Part shown: piece after piece, positions 24,697-56,000 of the stretch
Layout of the letters: the number at the start of each line of letters is the position of its first letter
Position numbering within the stretch: position 1 is the stretch's first letter
Assembly (NCBI GenBank): GCA_951406725.2
Contig: OX597816.1
Location: 2,604,001 to 2,668,000, forward strand
DNA from: Octopus vulgaris
Lineage: Eukaryota
Direction: 5' to 3'
Length of the DNA: 64,000 bases
Notes under the pieces: generated by a model
The model's input: only the letters and a program-made list of their open reading frames with translations
The model's database searches: none
Told to the model about the DNA's origin: nothing
Made by a program: the position numbers and the translations under genes

Positions 24697-24927
24697 TTAA
24701 CCCTTTTGTCAACAAACTTCTGTTGATACACACTTTCTTCATTTTAATTAATTTTGAAAATAATGAAGAAATTAGTAAAAAAGTTTAGTCATTTTAAAGC
24801 TTGTGTTTGGAGCAGAAATTAAGATGAAATTTTGATTGTAGTTTTTAAATAAAAACCATTTTAAAGCAGGGAGTTTGTATCATAAAACCAGGAGTGGTTT
24901 TAGGTGGGATGGAATCAAAAGGGTTAA
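24697..24927. mobile_element. piggyBac-type MITE (TTAA-CCC...GGG-TTAA); related copies ~12695, 15265-15678, 20054-20266, 27744-28184, 51912-52139
   Basis: ttaaccctttt..aaaagggttaa termini with TTAA target; shared internal sequence among copies. Confidence 0.7.
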
Positions 24928-27900
24928 AATTTGATACAAAATACAGATAAAGTACACAGAATAGAGAAATGTAAATAATTACACATAGACACACACACAA
25001 GGATAACATACCTACACACAGGTGATTAGCCATCACCCAGGTAAGATCAGGGCAGACATTCTGGTTTCTACTCTTGAAAGTACCACAAGCATCTTTGGTG
25101 ATGGTCATGGAAGAACACTCCCACATCCTTGATAGTTCCATTTTAACTGTGCATCTTCAGATAATGTGTTTTTCATTAACATTCATTCAAATGTTCCAGA
25201 GAATTGGAGCCAATTCCCTCTTTAACCGGTATCAATGTCTCCTGCCTCTTCTTCCTTCTGTTTATTTAAAAGATCCATCAATTCCTTGTTGACTTAAGCC
25301 AGAGGATTGTGAAGTTCAAGAGTCCTGGGGAGGTGGGTTCTTCCTCATCTCTTGCCTTTTGCTTGAATTTGATTTTTCTTTTTTTGCTGTTCCAGACAAT
25401 TTACTATTCCAATCTTCCATCATCACAAGACAATGCAGGGAGCGGTGGGTGGTGGTGGGTGTTTGCTACAGGTTGTGGCAACACCTCAAGCTCCTGCTAC
25501 TGAGGACAAGAGCTTTTTGGGGGGCTGACCTTAAATCTGGGACCAGTAAAGCCGAGGAAACTAATTTCTGGGTCCTGCAGCTGTGTCTTGTTCGGCTTTG
25601 CTGGGCAGAAACTCCCTCAAGTGGCTCTTATTGTTACATAATCAGCACAACTGAGTTTTCTACCCAACCTGGTTAATCTAATTTCTTCCCTTTCAATCTC
25701 TTACAATGGGGTACAGCTCCAGAATAGCCTTGTAACCTTTAGGGGCTCATTGGGACTTGTATGTCCATACTAATCCCATATAACCCAATTGTGTATTACC
25801 TTTGCCCACCAAAGGGCTGTACCTGTGCGAAGAAGAGCCAAGGAGCAACATTATTCTCAATATCCCTGGCAGTGATTCTTGTATTTTTGCCATTCCATTC
25901 ATGGCAGACCAACCAGAGGCCAGATGTGTGACACAGTAATCTCCCCTGTTGTTTCTCTTAAGGATGCACATGTTTGGTCTCACAGACCCAGCATAGGCTT
26001 CCATATGCCTGACATTGGGGCCAGAGCTTCTTCCCCGTTGTTCTTTGAACCTTCAAAGACATGAAGATACATTATTTGAAAAACAGATGAAGTTTAGTGA
26101 CGAGAAAGCATCCAGTTGTAAAACAATACCTCAATAATATAATCACGTGACCCATACTAACATGGAAGAATGGATGCAAAAAGGAACAAATAAAATGTCC
26201 TTCCATTTTTGGTAAGACGGCAGTAAGTTATTTTGCTATTTGTTCACTAAACTCTGCTTGCGAAGACCAGTTGAGGCAAGTGAAATCAACTCGATTGCGG
26301 ACCTGTTGAAGTACGTGAAATCAATCAAACTCCGTAACTGGCATCTGTGCTAGTGGAGCGCTAAGAGTACCATATGAGTGAGATCGTTGCCAGAGCAACA
26401 AGCTGGCCTTCGTGCCGATGGCACATTAAACACACCATCCGAGCGTGATCATTACCGCATCGCCTTACTGGCACATGTGCTGGTGGCACGTGAAACATTC
26501 GAGTGAGGTCGTCGCCAGTGCCGCTGGACTGGCTCCTGTGCAGGTGGCACATAAAAAGCACCATTTGGGCGTGGCCGTTGCCAGTACCACCAAACTGGCC
26601 CTCGTGCCCATGGCACGTAAAAAGCACCCACTACACTCTCGGAGTGGTTGGCGTTAGGAAGGGCATCCAGCTGTAGAAACTCTGCCAGATCAACATTGGA
26701 GTCTGGTTCACCAGTCCTCAGTCAAATCGTCCAACCCATGCTAGCATGGAAAGCAGATGTTAAACGATGATGATGATGATGTTCCTCAAGCAAGTTGGTG
26801 CAATCCTTCGTAAAACACCTCTTCAATGTCTTTTACCTCTCCCTAGAGCCGACCCCTGTCCAATGCTTCTTTCTGGCTTGTCATGCTGGCAAAGCTATTA
26901 TTACCATTTCTGGACGAGTCAAATTGCAAAAGTGTCTCAATTTCTTTTTTGCTTTTTTTTTAAATCAGAAGAATGCTTATTTTGGGAAACAGCCATAAAT
27001 GCAAATTGATGGAGTCCAAGTTTAAATACTTTTAAAAGCTGCCACTAAAAAAAAAAAAAAAATTTCAACAGGTAAAGGGTTTTTTCTCTCCACCCAAACA
27101 AGGTAATGGTAAAAAAAAAATAAAAACAGCACAAAAATTATATTCCTTGTCTCTTTGTATTAGTTCCATAGAAGCACAGGAATGGCAATCAAATCTGCAA
27201 AATGATCTATTGTCATTTTTTTTCAGGAATTTACTTATAAAAAAAACATATATTGCAAGTCTGCTTCCAATAATAATAATAATAATAATAAACATTTGGT
27301 GTTACTTTTACTTCAAAAGTATAGAAAATTACATTTTTCTTTTAATTATTTCTATTATTCATTTTGACAAATAAAAAAAACAGAAATAAATGAAGAAGAA
27401 TTTGAAATTGTCCTAATTAATTATAAATGATATCACTGCATTTTATTATCAAAAAAATATAATTGTTTCAAGAGAAAGCATTTGGGTTATCACAATTGGA
27501 GAGGAAAAAAAAATAAAGTGGTTGGCACTGAGAAGTTATTAAGCATTTTATTTTATATTGAAGGAATTTAAAAGAAAAAATAAAAGAACTGTAGAACTAT
27601 ACAAGAAATAATTCACTTATTAAAAAAAACAAACAATCCAAAACTCTTCAAGCAATTCCCTCTAGGCCGTTTCCTTTCCACATGTTAACTGAATAAGGAA
27701 TAATCAATCCATCTTGTAATTTGCAAAATAAAAAACATATCCATTAACCCTTTTGATATCAACCTGCCTGAGACAGCCCTGGTTCTATGACAGAAATTTC
27801 CTCTTTTAAAATTATCTCAAAATCTTCCATTAAAATTTCACTGTTAACCCTTTCTGATGAAATACACTGGATTTGTTTCAATTAACTTTAAAAAATAATG

Positions 27901-28369
27901 AAGAATGTAGTAAAGCTAATTTTGTCCTTAAGATGATGTTTGGAACATAACTCTACATGGAATTTTGTTGGAAGGATAGAATTTGGATCATTTTTAGATG
28001 AGAAACTTATATCATAGAATTAGGGTTAGTTTCATGTAGGTTGGTATAAAAAAAACGGTTAATTCATGTTCCAAACCCCAGCTTAATACTGACAAAAATA
28101 TTTTACTAAATTCGTTATTTTCATAATTTACTGAAACAAAAAGGTAGCATTTTTTAATAGAAATATGGTAGAAAAAAGGGTTAAATAAGGGAATATAACA
28201 TTGCCCACCCATCAACTAGGTAACACGGGATACAACAATAAAAGGCACTTTGTATGTTCCATAGTTGAGTTGTTGTGGGTTTTATTAATTCCCAACTTAA
28301 TTACTCACTGGATTGTATGGATTTACAAGTTGGAGATTTATTCTGCATGTGTTAAATGTAGGATTACAC

Positions 28370-28620
28370 AGCTCTGGATGGAAAAGCTCAAGAAGAACCC
28401 CCCTCCCCGTCCAATTGACATGGAGATCTCTCCTGCTGATGACTTCCCTCTTGACTCAGAAGCACCACGGATTCTACGGAAGACATTCAACTGCCTGAGA
28501 ACAAGAATGGCATGATTGAAATTTGTTGGGGTCTGATGAGTGTACAAGAACCCTGTGATGGCGGCAAAGCAGACCATTTTACTGAGAAGCATTACCTTGT
28601 CTTCCCTCGGCTACTCAATA
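28370..28620 (+). mobile_element. Degraded non-LTR retrotransposon ORF2 C-terminus
   Basis: FPLDSEAPRILRKTFNCLRT..C..ADH resembles LINE C-terminal LNRLRTG/zinc-knuckle regions; disrupted. Confidence 0.35.
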
Positions 28621-29678
28621 CATTTCATTGCAATTTCTCTCACACACACAAGATAAAGGGTTATGGTAATAAATTTGAGGATCACTTCCAAAGACCATGA
28701 TTTCAGGTTCAGTCCCACTGCATGCCGCTTTGAGTAACTGTCTTCTTCTATAGCTTCAGATCAACTAGTCTTGTGAGTGGAGAAATTGGTCATACAGGTA
28801 CTGTGTGTGTGTGTGTGTGTGTGTGTGTTTGTACTTATCTTTACCTTCATATATGTTTATTGGTTGCAAACAATGACACTGCTATTCATATAGATGCTAT
28901 CATTTACTCTGTTCTAGTGTATTCATCTGATCCATGCAAGCATGGAAAAATAGACATAAAGAAGAAATTAGGAAAAGTAGGAAAACAATCAGATTAACCC
29001 TAGAAAAGCACTTCAAGATTTCGTATAAATTTCATATTTAATAGTATCATGTAAGTAACATAAACCAAAATATAGTTAATTAACTTTTACATAATATATA
29101 AACTGCTTATGTTGGTACAGTGCTATAAATCTGTAGTGGAAGAGTATAATGAACCGATTTAGTCCTAGTATATGTCAGGTACTTGGGTTGTGGTTTGATC
29201 ATCTTTGTTTGGGTCACATAAATGTGGGTGTATGTTAGAAGACCTGAAACACCCAGTGATCCTAGGATATAACGCTGATGATGGGTCCAAATATCGCATC
29301 TGCAGCTGTATGTTGAACATATGTAAATATAATGACACAGACTTGTAGTGGGGGTGTATAATTAACTGAACCAACCCTAGTATACATCTGGTACGTATAG
29401 CAGAGGGATGAAAGGCAAATTAGCAGTGAGGCTTTAAATTCCAAATACAGAAAAAATGAAAACTAAATATTGTAAGGCATTTTGTCTGATACAACCATTT
29501 TTAGCTCTCCATATTATAGAGTAATAAGAATAATAATAGCAAGAAAAATATGCAATAAATATATATCATATTTTTTATGAAATAATTATATATATATATA
29601 TATATATGAAGAGAGAGAGAGAGAGAGAGCATGTATATTCAGGCAAATTTCCAGAGATATTTAAGGCAAGAGAACTTC

Positions 29679-46658
<16,980 letters not shown>

Positions 46659-47404
46659 AACTGTGTTGTTTCAAAAAGAAATGAAAAAAAAATCCAAAAG
46701 AGGAGGCGGTAATTATCTCGATGTAAATATATGGATGTGTGCGTGGGTTTGCCGTCAGAATTTACGATCGAATCGACCAAACACGTGGAGAGAAATAAAT
46801 AATTGCCCGGAAGTTCATCTGACAACCGGCGAAGAAGCGACTTGGGACTTGTTGAGTAAAAGGGTGGGCGGATGGCGGGGAAATTGGCTGGGTTTATTAA
46901 TTAATTAATACTAAGTGAAACCAGTAGAAACACGACAATCTCTTAATTCCTTGTTACCCACGAGGGGCGAAAAACATACAAGGACAGACAAAACATGCAG
47001 TGGGGAAGGAAAAAATAAAGCGGATGAATAATGGGATGATATTAATAATAATGAAATTCTTGTATATAGTGCTCAGGTGCACCACAATGTGTGTGTGTGT
47101 TTAATTTGATGTATATTTCTATCAACTACGAATATCAAATTTAATCAGAGACCTCAAAGAGATACAGTATTAATTTAGATTAGTGGAGATCGTTCAGATT
47201 ATCGGGCGACAGGTTAAATAAATACGACAAAAGATTTAAAACCGTCTTTAGATTCTACCATATTCCTACGACTGCATCTTATTCTACTCACCATTTGTTG
47301 GCGAAAGTAAAGAATACGCACACCCCCGGTGTTTAGAGTTAGGGTTTTTGTGACGCCGAAAACCGGGTGGTGTGCCCTATTTGTCTTGTAAACTATGTAA
47401 AGTA

Positions 47405-47452
<48 letters not shown>

Positions 47453-49957
47453 TAAGTAGCTCTATGATATTTCTATACTTCAAGCGTATGAATAAATAGA
47501 TAAACGAGGTTAAATTACTCGACCCGAATTAATCTGATTGTTGAGGTGAAGACGGTTTGACTTGTCACGATGGAGGAAGGAGAGAGAAAAAAATAGAACG
47601 GAACAAGACGAAGAATAAGAACACACACACACACACACACACACATATAGAAGCATATTGGTCGAAGAGGTGACTTTCTGAGGGTAGTATTTGTTGCCAA
47701 CAGAAAATGTCTTAGATCCCTTCACCACCATTCCAGTCTGTTTATGGGATTATGAATCTTGGTCGTATTAGAATTATTTTTCTTGCTTGTTTTTAGATTT
47801 TTGAGCACACATAGAGGGAGATTTTGTTCACTTATTGCTTGGATATTTACAACTGAACGTAGGTTTTCAACTGAACCATTTTCTTAAATACATGAGACTC
47901 AACAGTATCTGAAAGGAGATACAAATAAAGGGGTGGTGGAGAGGGCGGTTCATGCTCAAAGGGGAAAAAGAAATGAAATAGATAAATTAGAAAGATTCTG
48001 TGATCCTGTAATTGCTGCCTCTTTCGTCATTGTCAGCTGCACAAACGAAAGTTCTACCCAAGCGGCTGAATATACGCTTGAGTGAAGTCAACGTTGAGGA
48101 GGTCTAATAACACTGGAACGTATGTGGAGTTGTCCCTTGTATTTGCTGTCCTATAAAACGCTCATTTTTTCCCCTCAAAAAGTTGTTTAAAAAAAATCAC
48201 CCCGAGTCCTATATGCGAAGTCGAGCCTCTATAAGCGTTAATGCAATAAAAACCGTTTTTTCCCCCGTAAATATGTGCTTCTACAACAGGGGTGTGTTTA
48301 ATAAAGCCGTGCATCTTTTCGGCTATCAAAAAAAAAAAAAATAAATAAAAAAACGATAGTTATTGCTTGAGGTGAAAAGATACAAACGAAATTGTAAGTC
48401 GATAATTTAGTTTGTTGACAGTCATGTTTTCTATATTTCCAATCAACGATCTGTTTAGCTTTTGACGGATTGATATATCTTTAAGTAGGCCTAATACGTT
48501 GACCTGCTAAAACTACCAGTAGAATATGCCTCAAATGATACAGAATTGCAGGTAACAAAATCACTGACCTGTTCAGTTAGGACTGGCTTGAGGCTGTTTC
48601 ATCTAATTTTTCATTCAATATGGAGTTCGCCAAGAATGCAAACATATCTCTCTTTTTTACTCTTTTACTTGTTTCAGTCATTTGAGTGCGGCTATGCTGG
48701 AGCACCACCTTTAGTCGAGCAAATCGACCCCAGGACTTATTCTTTAGAAGCCTAGAACTTAAACTATCGGTTTTTTTTGCCGAACCGTTAAGTTATGGGG
48801 ACGTAAACACACCACCATCGGTTGTCAAGCGATGTTGGGGGGACATGCAGACACACAAATACACACATATATATACGACGGTCTTCTTTCAGTTTCCGTC
48901 TATCAAATCCATTCACAAGGCTTTGGTTGGCCCGAGGTTATAGTAGAAGACACTTGCCCAAGGTGCCACCGAACCCGGAACCATGTGGTTGGTAAGCAAG
49001 CTACTTACCGCACAGCCACTCCTGTACCTATCAAAACAAAATAAAAAAAAGAAAAGAAAAGCAAAACAAAATATTTCGAAAAATTGCAAGGTGCTTCTTT
49101 ATTTTGCTTAAACTTGCGAACTTTTAGGAGACTGTGTGATACCAGAATGCACACATAAGTAAAAGACCATTTGACGAAGCTCTTTAACGCATCGGGACAC
49201 ATCATCAATGTGGATGTTTCGGACCTTTTTAAACAGACACCCTCAGCCAGGTGATCCAACTGGGGTTGATCAAGCACTAGCTTCTACCCAGGTAGAACTA
49301 CTCCTTCAAAGGTTCACACCTGTTAATCTAGATGTAACGTTTGTTGCTTCCATTAGCTAACTTGATAACCATTTACCTGTTGGCCCCTGTGACGCCCAAC
49401 ATGTAGTAGGACCTGCAGAGGGGCTGGTCAGCAAACCTTATGCAGATCCTACCTCAATGGGATCACACTTTATCTACCCGCCTTTATTTCAATATAAATT
49501 GAAGATAAAGATCGCAACAAATTGTGAGTGAGTGGGGAAGAGGTGTTCGGATGCTGAACGATGGGTTTAAGAGTCAGTGCAACCACCCTATTCTAATTGT
49601 GCAATCAACTAAACGACCTGCGCGTTGAATCATAGTAAATGGGCGAGTATTCCACAGACACTTGTTACCCTTAAAGTGATCCGCAAGAAGAACCAACGTA
49701 AAAAAGGCTGGTCTTTTATGCTTACACAGAGTTTCTTTCTACCTAATTTCCCTCGAAAAACTTCGTTTGACCAAAGCTGTGGTAGATGACCCTTAATCAC
49801 GGTGCCTTAAGGTGAGATCGAACCCGAAATGTCGCGAATACTCAAGCGAACTCCTCGAATTACTGAAGCAAAGAGACGGCGGGACTGGCGAGCCGTATTT
49901 TTATGTTCATTAAAACCGGAGATGCTAAGGTGGAAGGGAGATCACTCGCATGGGAAG

Positions 49958-50027
49958 ATGGCGGTGCTTTTGGAAACGTCTTTGGGCGATATTGTGATTG
50001 ATTTGTACATGAAAGAAAGACCCAACA
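49958..50027 (+). CDS. PPIL4: PPIL4 exon 1
   Basis: MAVLLETSLGDIVIDLYMKERPN; ATG within AAGATGGCGG (YY1-like); donor GTATGT. Confidence 0.93.
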
Positions 50028-53000
50028 GTATGTCGGTTTATTACAATTTTATTTCACTGTATGTCTCTAACATAGATTTTCCTCACAAATCTTCAGTTTT
50101 AATAGGGCACGTGTAACGCATTTGTGCAGGCTTCGGGCAGCGTGGTCGGCATTGAAGAAGAAGGATTCGCCGAATTTCGAATCAGTTTTCCTTTGATTTC
50201 GCTTTTTAAATGTTAAACATTCAAGGTTTTTTACAAAATTCAGTTGAAGAATTTCTGTTTATCGTTTTGTTGTCATCGATGAAGTGTTTTGAAATCCCTA
50301 ACACCTTCCCCTCCGCCCCACATTCCTGCAACAACAACAACATCAGCATCATTGTGTAATATTTTACAATAACATTGAGATTTCTGTAAAGCGAGGATAA
50401 TTTCTGTGTGTAGAGTTTATATTCTTAATATTTAGCCAGATAAGGAATTGCTAGAGTTAATTACTAAATTTCGAAGTTTCTAAATAAATAAATAAATAAC
50501 TTTTCTTAATGTTTACCGAAAAAAACCGTTTTTAACAATAAAAACAGCGAAAATTGATTTTCAGAATCGGTGAAAATGTCTCACATTGAAAAGAGAAATG
50601 AAATTGCGCGAAGCTTTTGGTTTTTCCTTGGTTATATAAATGAAATGACTTTAGCGGAGACTTGATCGCGATTTATTGTGCTTTTAACCTTTACTGCACG
50701 AACAAATATTAGAATTGCATTTTGGAAAAAAAAAAAAGAATATATTCCGAACTCATCGAATCGGAGACGAAAGCTAATCTAGCAGACGGAAATGGTTTTG
50801 GTTGACTGGAATTTAAATATTCCCCGTTTGTCTACGTGTTTATTTATTTGCTAACAAAAACAAAAACGAAGCAATAATAAAATAGTTTATTTTACCAATT
50901 GATTAGGTATTTTACCAGAAATCGATAGAAGCAAATATATTTCGGCAGATATTTCCCCTTCCTTTTGCTGATTAAGGAATTCTTCATTTACAGTCGGTAA
51001 ATTTACAATTTCTTGATCAGTTAAAGGAAGACCAAAATATATTCTCTGTAGAATCTAATCTTATATAGGAAGCCATAGTCTTCTCCGTTTTTGCCAAAAT
51101 TAACGACAAAAGAATGTTTCTGTTGGTGTAGAATAATGGACAGAAGTCGGCATCACAATTGTCTGTGATGAATGAAGGAATTGGACGGGGTGGGATTTCT
51201 TTTGTGACAACGTGTAGTGGGTTTGCTTTCGCGAAGCAGTGATCAGATGATGCGATGGGAAGAGAGACTGACAGGAGAAATGCTACATTGGGACGTTAGA
51301 AAAATAAGGCACCCTGCTGTGGAAAATCTTTGTTTTCTGTGCACAAACTCTAAAAGTTCAAAATAATCTTAACGTTTGTACCAAGATATAACCCGGCAAA
51401 CGTGACTTCCATTTTGCCCCCCACCTCCCGCCAAAACCAAAAAAAACATTAACGAAGACAATAGAGTATTATCTGTCGGGCAAAATGTTGCATATTCGTT
51501 ACAATGAAATATAAAAGCTGCTAAAATAGTGGCGATGGCTGCTGGTATTTTTAAATTAAAAACACAGTTTTGGTTTAGTCAGGTGGGTGGCTGGGTGAGA
51601 TGGTAGAGATGGTAATGTCTGTGGTCCTGTAATTTTTTTTTTTTTTTCCATAGCCTCTGTGATTAGTGGAAGGGAATTATCTTCTGACGGGAGACCTGAT
51701 CCAAATACTTATTGCAAAATGGACTCTGCTAGAAGCACACAGGGGCCAGAAAACAGAAATGGTTCCACTGAGGGGCCTCTACACAAATTTCCCATCTACT
51801 TAATTTTACTGTCAAGGCTTCTGTTTATCTGAAGCCATGGATGGAGATACTTGCCCAAGGTTGACCCCTAAGCCATTTGGTTTACAAGTGAACTACTTTA
51901 ACATAACAGTAATTAACTCTTTGGTAATTAAACCGGCCACATCCAGCTCAAGTCCTTTCCCTGTTTTATGTTCGGACTGGTTGGATCTGGCTTCCCACAT
52001 CTACCAAACAATGTCACCCTAAAAATAAGCGAATCACATCATTGAAATGTCAAAGCTACAAAATAATGCGTGAATAATTCAAAACAATGTCAATAAATGA
52101 GCCATAGATTTGCCAATAATCTGAATGTGAAAAGGTTAAGAATTCCTGTTGGCTTTACCAATGTAGGAATGCTCTCAGGATGGATATAGAGGCATTAGTT
52201 GTTTAAAGAGCTGTTCTTCACTCCTGCTCCAGAGCGTCGGCTGCGGGGTCACTCCGAAAAGCTCTATCTGCGACGATTTCATCTCAATCGAAGGAGAGGG
52301 GCTTTCTTCGTCCAGGTTGCAGATCCGTGGAATAAGCTGCTGGACGAGATGGTGAAGATGCCGACAACCACTCAGTTCAAAGTCTCCCTTGACCACAAGT
52401 GGCCTGAACTCTTTACATGAACACCACCCTGTACATAACTCCATGTCCCCCTACATGGCCTTGCTTTTTGCTTTTTGAGCCAAAAATTAACTAACTAACT
52501 AAAGTGTTTTATTTTAGGTTTAGAAGAGTATAATAATAATGAAAGCGATCCTTTCTGCTGTAGGCACAAGGCCTGAAATTTGGGAGGGGGAGGGGACTAG
52601 TCGATTGCATCAACCCCAGTATTTCACTGGTACTTAATTTATTGACTACGAGAGGATGAAAGGTAAAGTTGACCTCGGCGGAATTTGAACTCAGAACATA
52701 GTGACAGGCGAAAGACTGCTAAGCATTTTCGTCCAGCACACTCTGGGTTCAAATTCCACCGAGGTTGACTTTGCCTTTCATTCTTTCAGAGTTGATAAAA
52801 GAAGTACCAGTTGAGTGTTGGGAGTTTATGTAATTGACTGCTCCTCCCCGCTCCAAAGAAAAAATTTCAGGCCTTGTGCCTATAGCAGAAAGGATTACTA
52901 TTATTATTATTATTAATAATAATAATAGTTTCAAATTTGGTACAAAGCCAACAGGTACTTATCTTATTGATCCTGAAAGGATGAAAGACAAAGTGGGCCT

Positions 53001-56000
53001 CAGTGGAATTTGAACTCAGAACATAAAGACTAATGAATTGCTGCTAAGCATATTGTCCAGTGTGCTAAAGGTTCTGCCAGCTTGCCGCTTAGCACCTTGA
53101 GAGAAAAGTTGGACCTAAGAAGCATCAGATGTGGTGTGCAAGAGAGACGATTGCGCTGGTATGGCCATGTGGCGAGAATGGATGTGGATAGCTGGGTGAA
53201 AAAGTGCCACACCCTAGCGGTTGAGGGAACCTGTGGAAGAGGTAGATGTGGTGGTGAAGCATGACCTTTGAACATTGGGTCTCACCGAAGCAATGACTAA
53301 TGACCGGGACCTTTGGAAATATGCTGTGCTTGAGAAGACTTGGCAAGCTCAAGTGAGACCACAACCTCATGGCCTATGCCAGGGGTGTGTGTAACCAGCC
53401 CACTCATGCGTACCTTTCCTTCATTGGACACTAAACTCTGCTTGCGAAGACCTGTTGAGGAAAGGGAAATGGAAATCAAAATCAAATTTGATGACTGGCA
53501 TCCGTGCTAGTCGAGCGCTAAGAGTACCATATGACTGTGATCGTTGCCAGAGCAACAAACTGGTCTCTATGCTGATGGGCACGTAAAAAGCACCATTCGA
53601 GCGTGATCATTACCTGTGTTGCCTTACTGGTACTTGTGCTGGTGGCACGTGAAAAAAAAATATTTGAGCGAGGTCATTGCCAGTGCCGCTGGACTGGCTC
53701 CTGTGCAGGTGGAACATAAAAAGCGCCAGTTGAGCATGGCTGCTGCCAGTACTGCCTGACTGGCCCTCGTGCCAGCGGCACGTCAAAGCACTCACTACAC
53801 TCTTGGAGTGGTTGGCGTTAGGAAGGGCATCCAGCTGTAGAAATTCTGCCAGATTAGATTGGAGTCTGGTGCAGCCATCTGGTTTGCCAGACCTCAGTCA
53901 AATCGTCCAACCCATGCTAGCATGGAAAACAGACATTAAACGATGATGATGATGATGAGGAGGAGGAGGAATAATCCTATTATAGCCACAAGCCCTGAAA
54001 TTTTGGTGGGGCGGAGGGTTAGTCACTTACATTGACCCCCAGTGTTTCACTGGTACTTAATTTATCAACCCTGAAAAGATAAAAAGCAAAGCCGACCCCG
54101 GTGGAATTTGAACTGAGAACATAGAGGCAGATGAAATACCGCTAAGCATTATGTCCAGTGTGCTAATGCATGGGTTGGACGGTTTGACTGAGTTCTGGAA
54201 GCCAGGAGGCTGCACCAGGCTCCAATCTGATCTGGCAAGGTTTCTACAGCTGGATGCTTTTCCTGACACCAACCACTCCGAGAATGTAATTGGTGCTTTT
54301 TACATGCCACTGGCACAGAAGTCAGTCTGGTGGCACTGGCATTGACCACATTTGGATGGTGCTATTATTGTGCCACTGGCATGGGGAGCCAGTCAGGCGG
54401 CACTAGCATCGACCCACGCTCGAATGGTGCTTACTACATGCCACCAGCACAGGTGCCAGTCGGGTGGTATTGGCCACGACTACGATTTCTTGACTCAACA
54501 TGTCTTCTCAAGCACATCATATTGCCTGACCATTCAAGGGTACATTTAAATGGGTTGGTTTATGCCAATGATGGTGGCCTCTCTTGTTGAAGATGACGTA
54601 TGAGCGTTCAGCTTTTGCTGAGTGACCTGCACAAATGATTTGGTCATAGTGGTCAAATGTGTGTGCTGTACATTAGCTCACCCCTTCCATTAAATTGACT
54701 TTACCTGAACAGGTGTACAGTGTCCCACATGTCAGGTGTGGAAGTGATTGCAGAATAGTGTGAGGTGAAGTGTTTTGCTCAAGAACACAACGCACCACCC
54801 CGTCTCGGAACTGAAACCATGGTCTTGCGATCATGAGTGCAACACCCTAACCACTAGGCCTTGTGCTCTCATGTCCAATAATAATAATAGTAATAATAAT
54901 AATAATAATAATAATCCTTTCTACTATAGGCACAAGGTTTGAAATTTGTGGGGAGGGGGACAATCGATCATGTCAACCTCAGTACTTGACTGGTACTTAA
55001 TTTATCGACCCCAAAAGGATGACAGGCAAAGTCAACCTCGGTGGAATTTGAACTCAGAACGTATGTTCTGAGTTCAATAATAATAATAATAATAATTGTT
55101 ATTATTATTTCAAATTTTTGCCACAAGAGCAGTTTGGGAGAGGTGGGGATGAGTTGATTGTATCGACCCCAGCATTCAGTTGGTACTATTTTATCAACCT
55201 CGAAAAGATGAAAGGCAAAGTCAACCTCAGTGGAATTTGAATAATAATAATAATAACAAGAGCACTCAGAGAATGCAAACCTCTGCCAAGGCAACACCAA
55301 CATCCTCTCAACAATTAGCCAGAGATGATTTTTAAAATGAGAATATCTGAAATAAACTCAATTGCTCTCACTAACGAGAATACTGAAAATGAACCCAACC
55401 GCTCTCAAAAATTAAGTTTAGAAAGTCAGAAAAATAATCCAGGATCCTTATCCGGTACCTGATCAATCCCAATAGTAGTTATGAAATGTGAAGGTGGGTG
55501 TATGGGCTGTGTTTGTAATGCTGTGTGTGTGTCATCTGCAGTGGGAACAGGCACAGTTTTCTCTATGAAGGCCTTTTTTTTAGTCTATCCACTGATATAG
55601 TGTCTTTATGACCATTAAGGTCTATAGTGAAAAATTTATCCGTGCGTGAAAGAAAACGGAAAGGACCTGCATACGGTGCTGTTAACAGAGGTTTAACAAC
55701 ATCATTGCATACAAAAATTTGAGTCCAAGACATTCCTGAAAGTTTCATCTGAATCACTCCAATGGTTCTCGAGATATCTTGTCCATGGACAAACAAACAA
55801 ACAAGCACAACTGAAAATAATACCTCCACCTTCGCTAAGGCAGAGGTAATGATTATGACATACACAGACCCTGCAGCTGTATGTACATGGTTGCAGTGTT
55901 TGGTGCATGTATGTATATTTACTAAGTGTTTTTATTTTAGGTTTAATTATTGTTTTTTCTTTCTTTTTTGTTACTTACATGTAAATTCCCTATTTTCTCT

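Noticed and set aside
25300-26064. GC-richer stretch with several short ORFs, possibly retroelement gag/protease
   Set aside because: No recognisable motif or continuous frame.
49829-49957. N-terminal extension of PPIL4 in the ORF track
   Set aside because: Homology begins at MAVLLET; the upstream part overlaps a degenerate SINE-like/promoter region.
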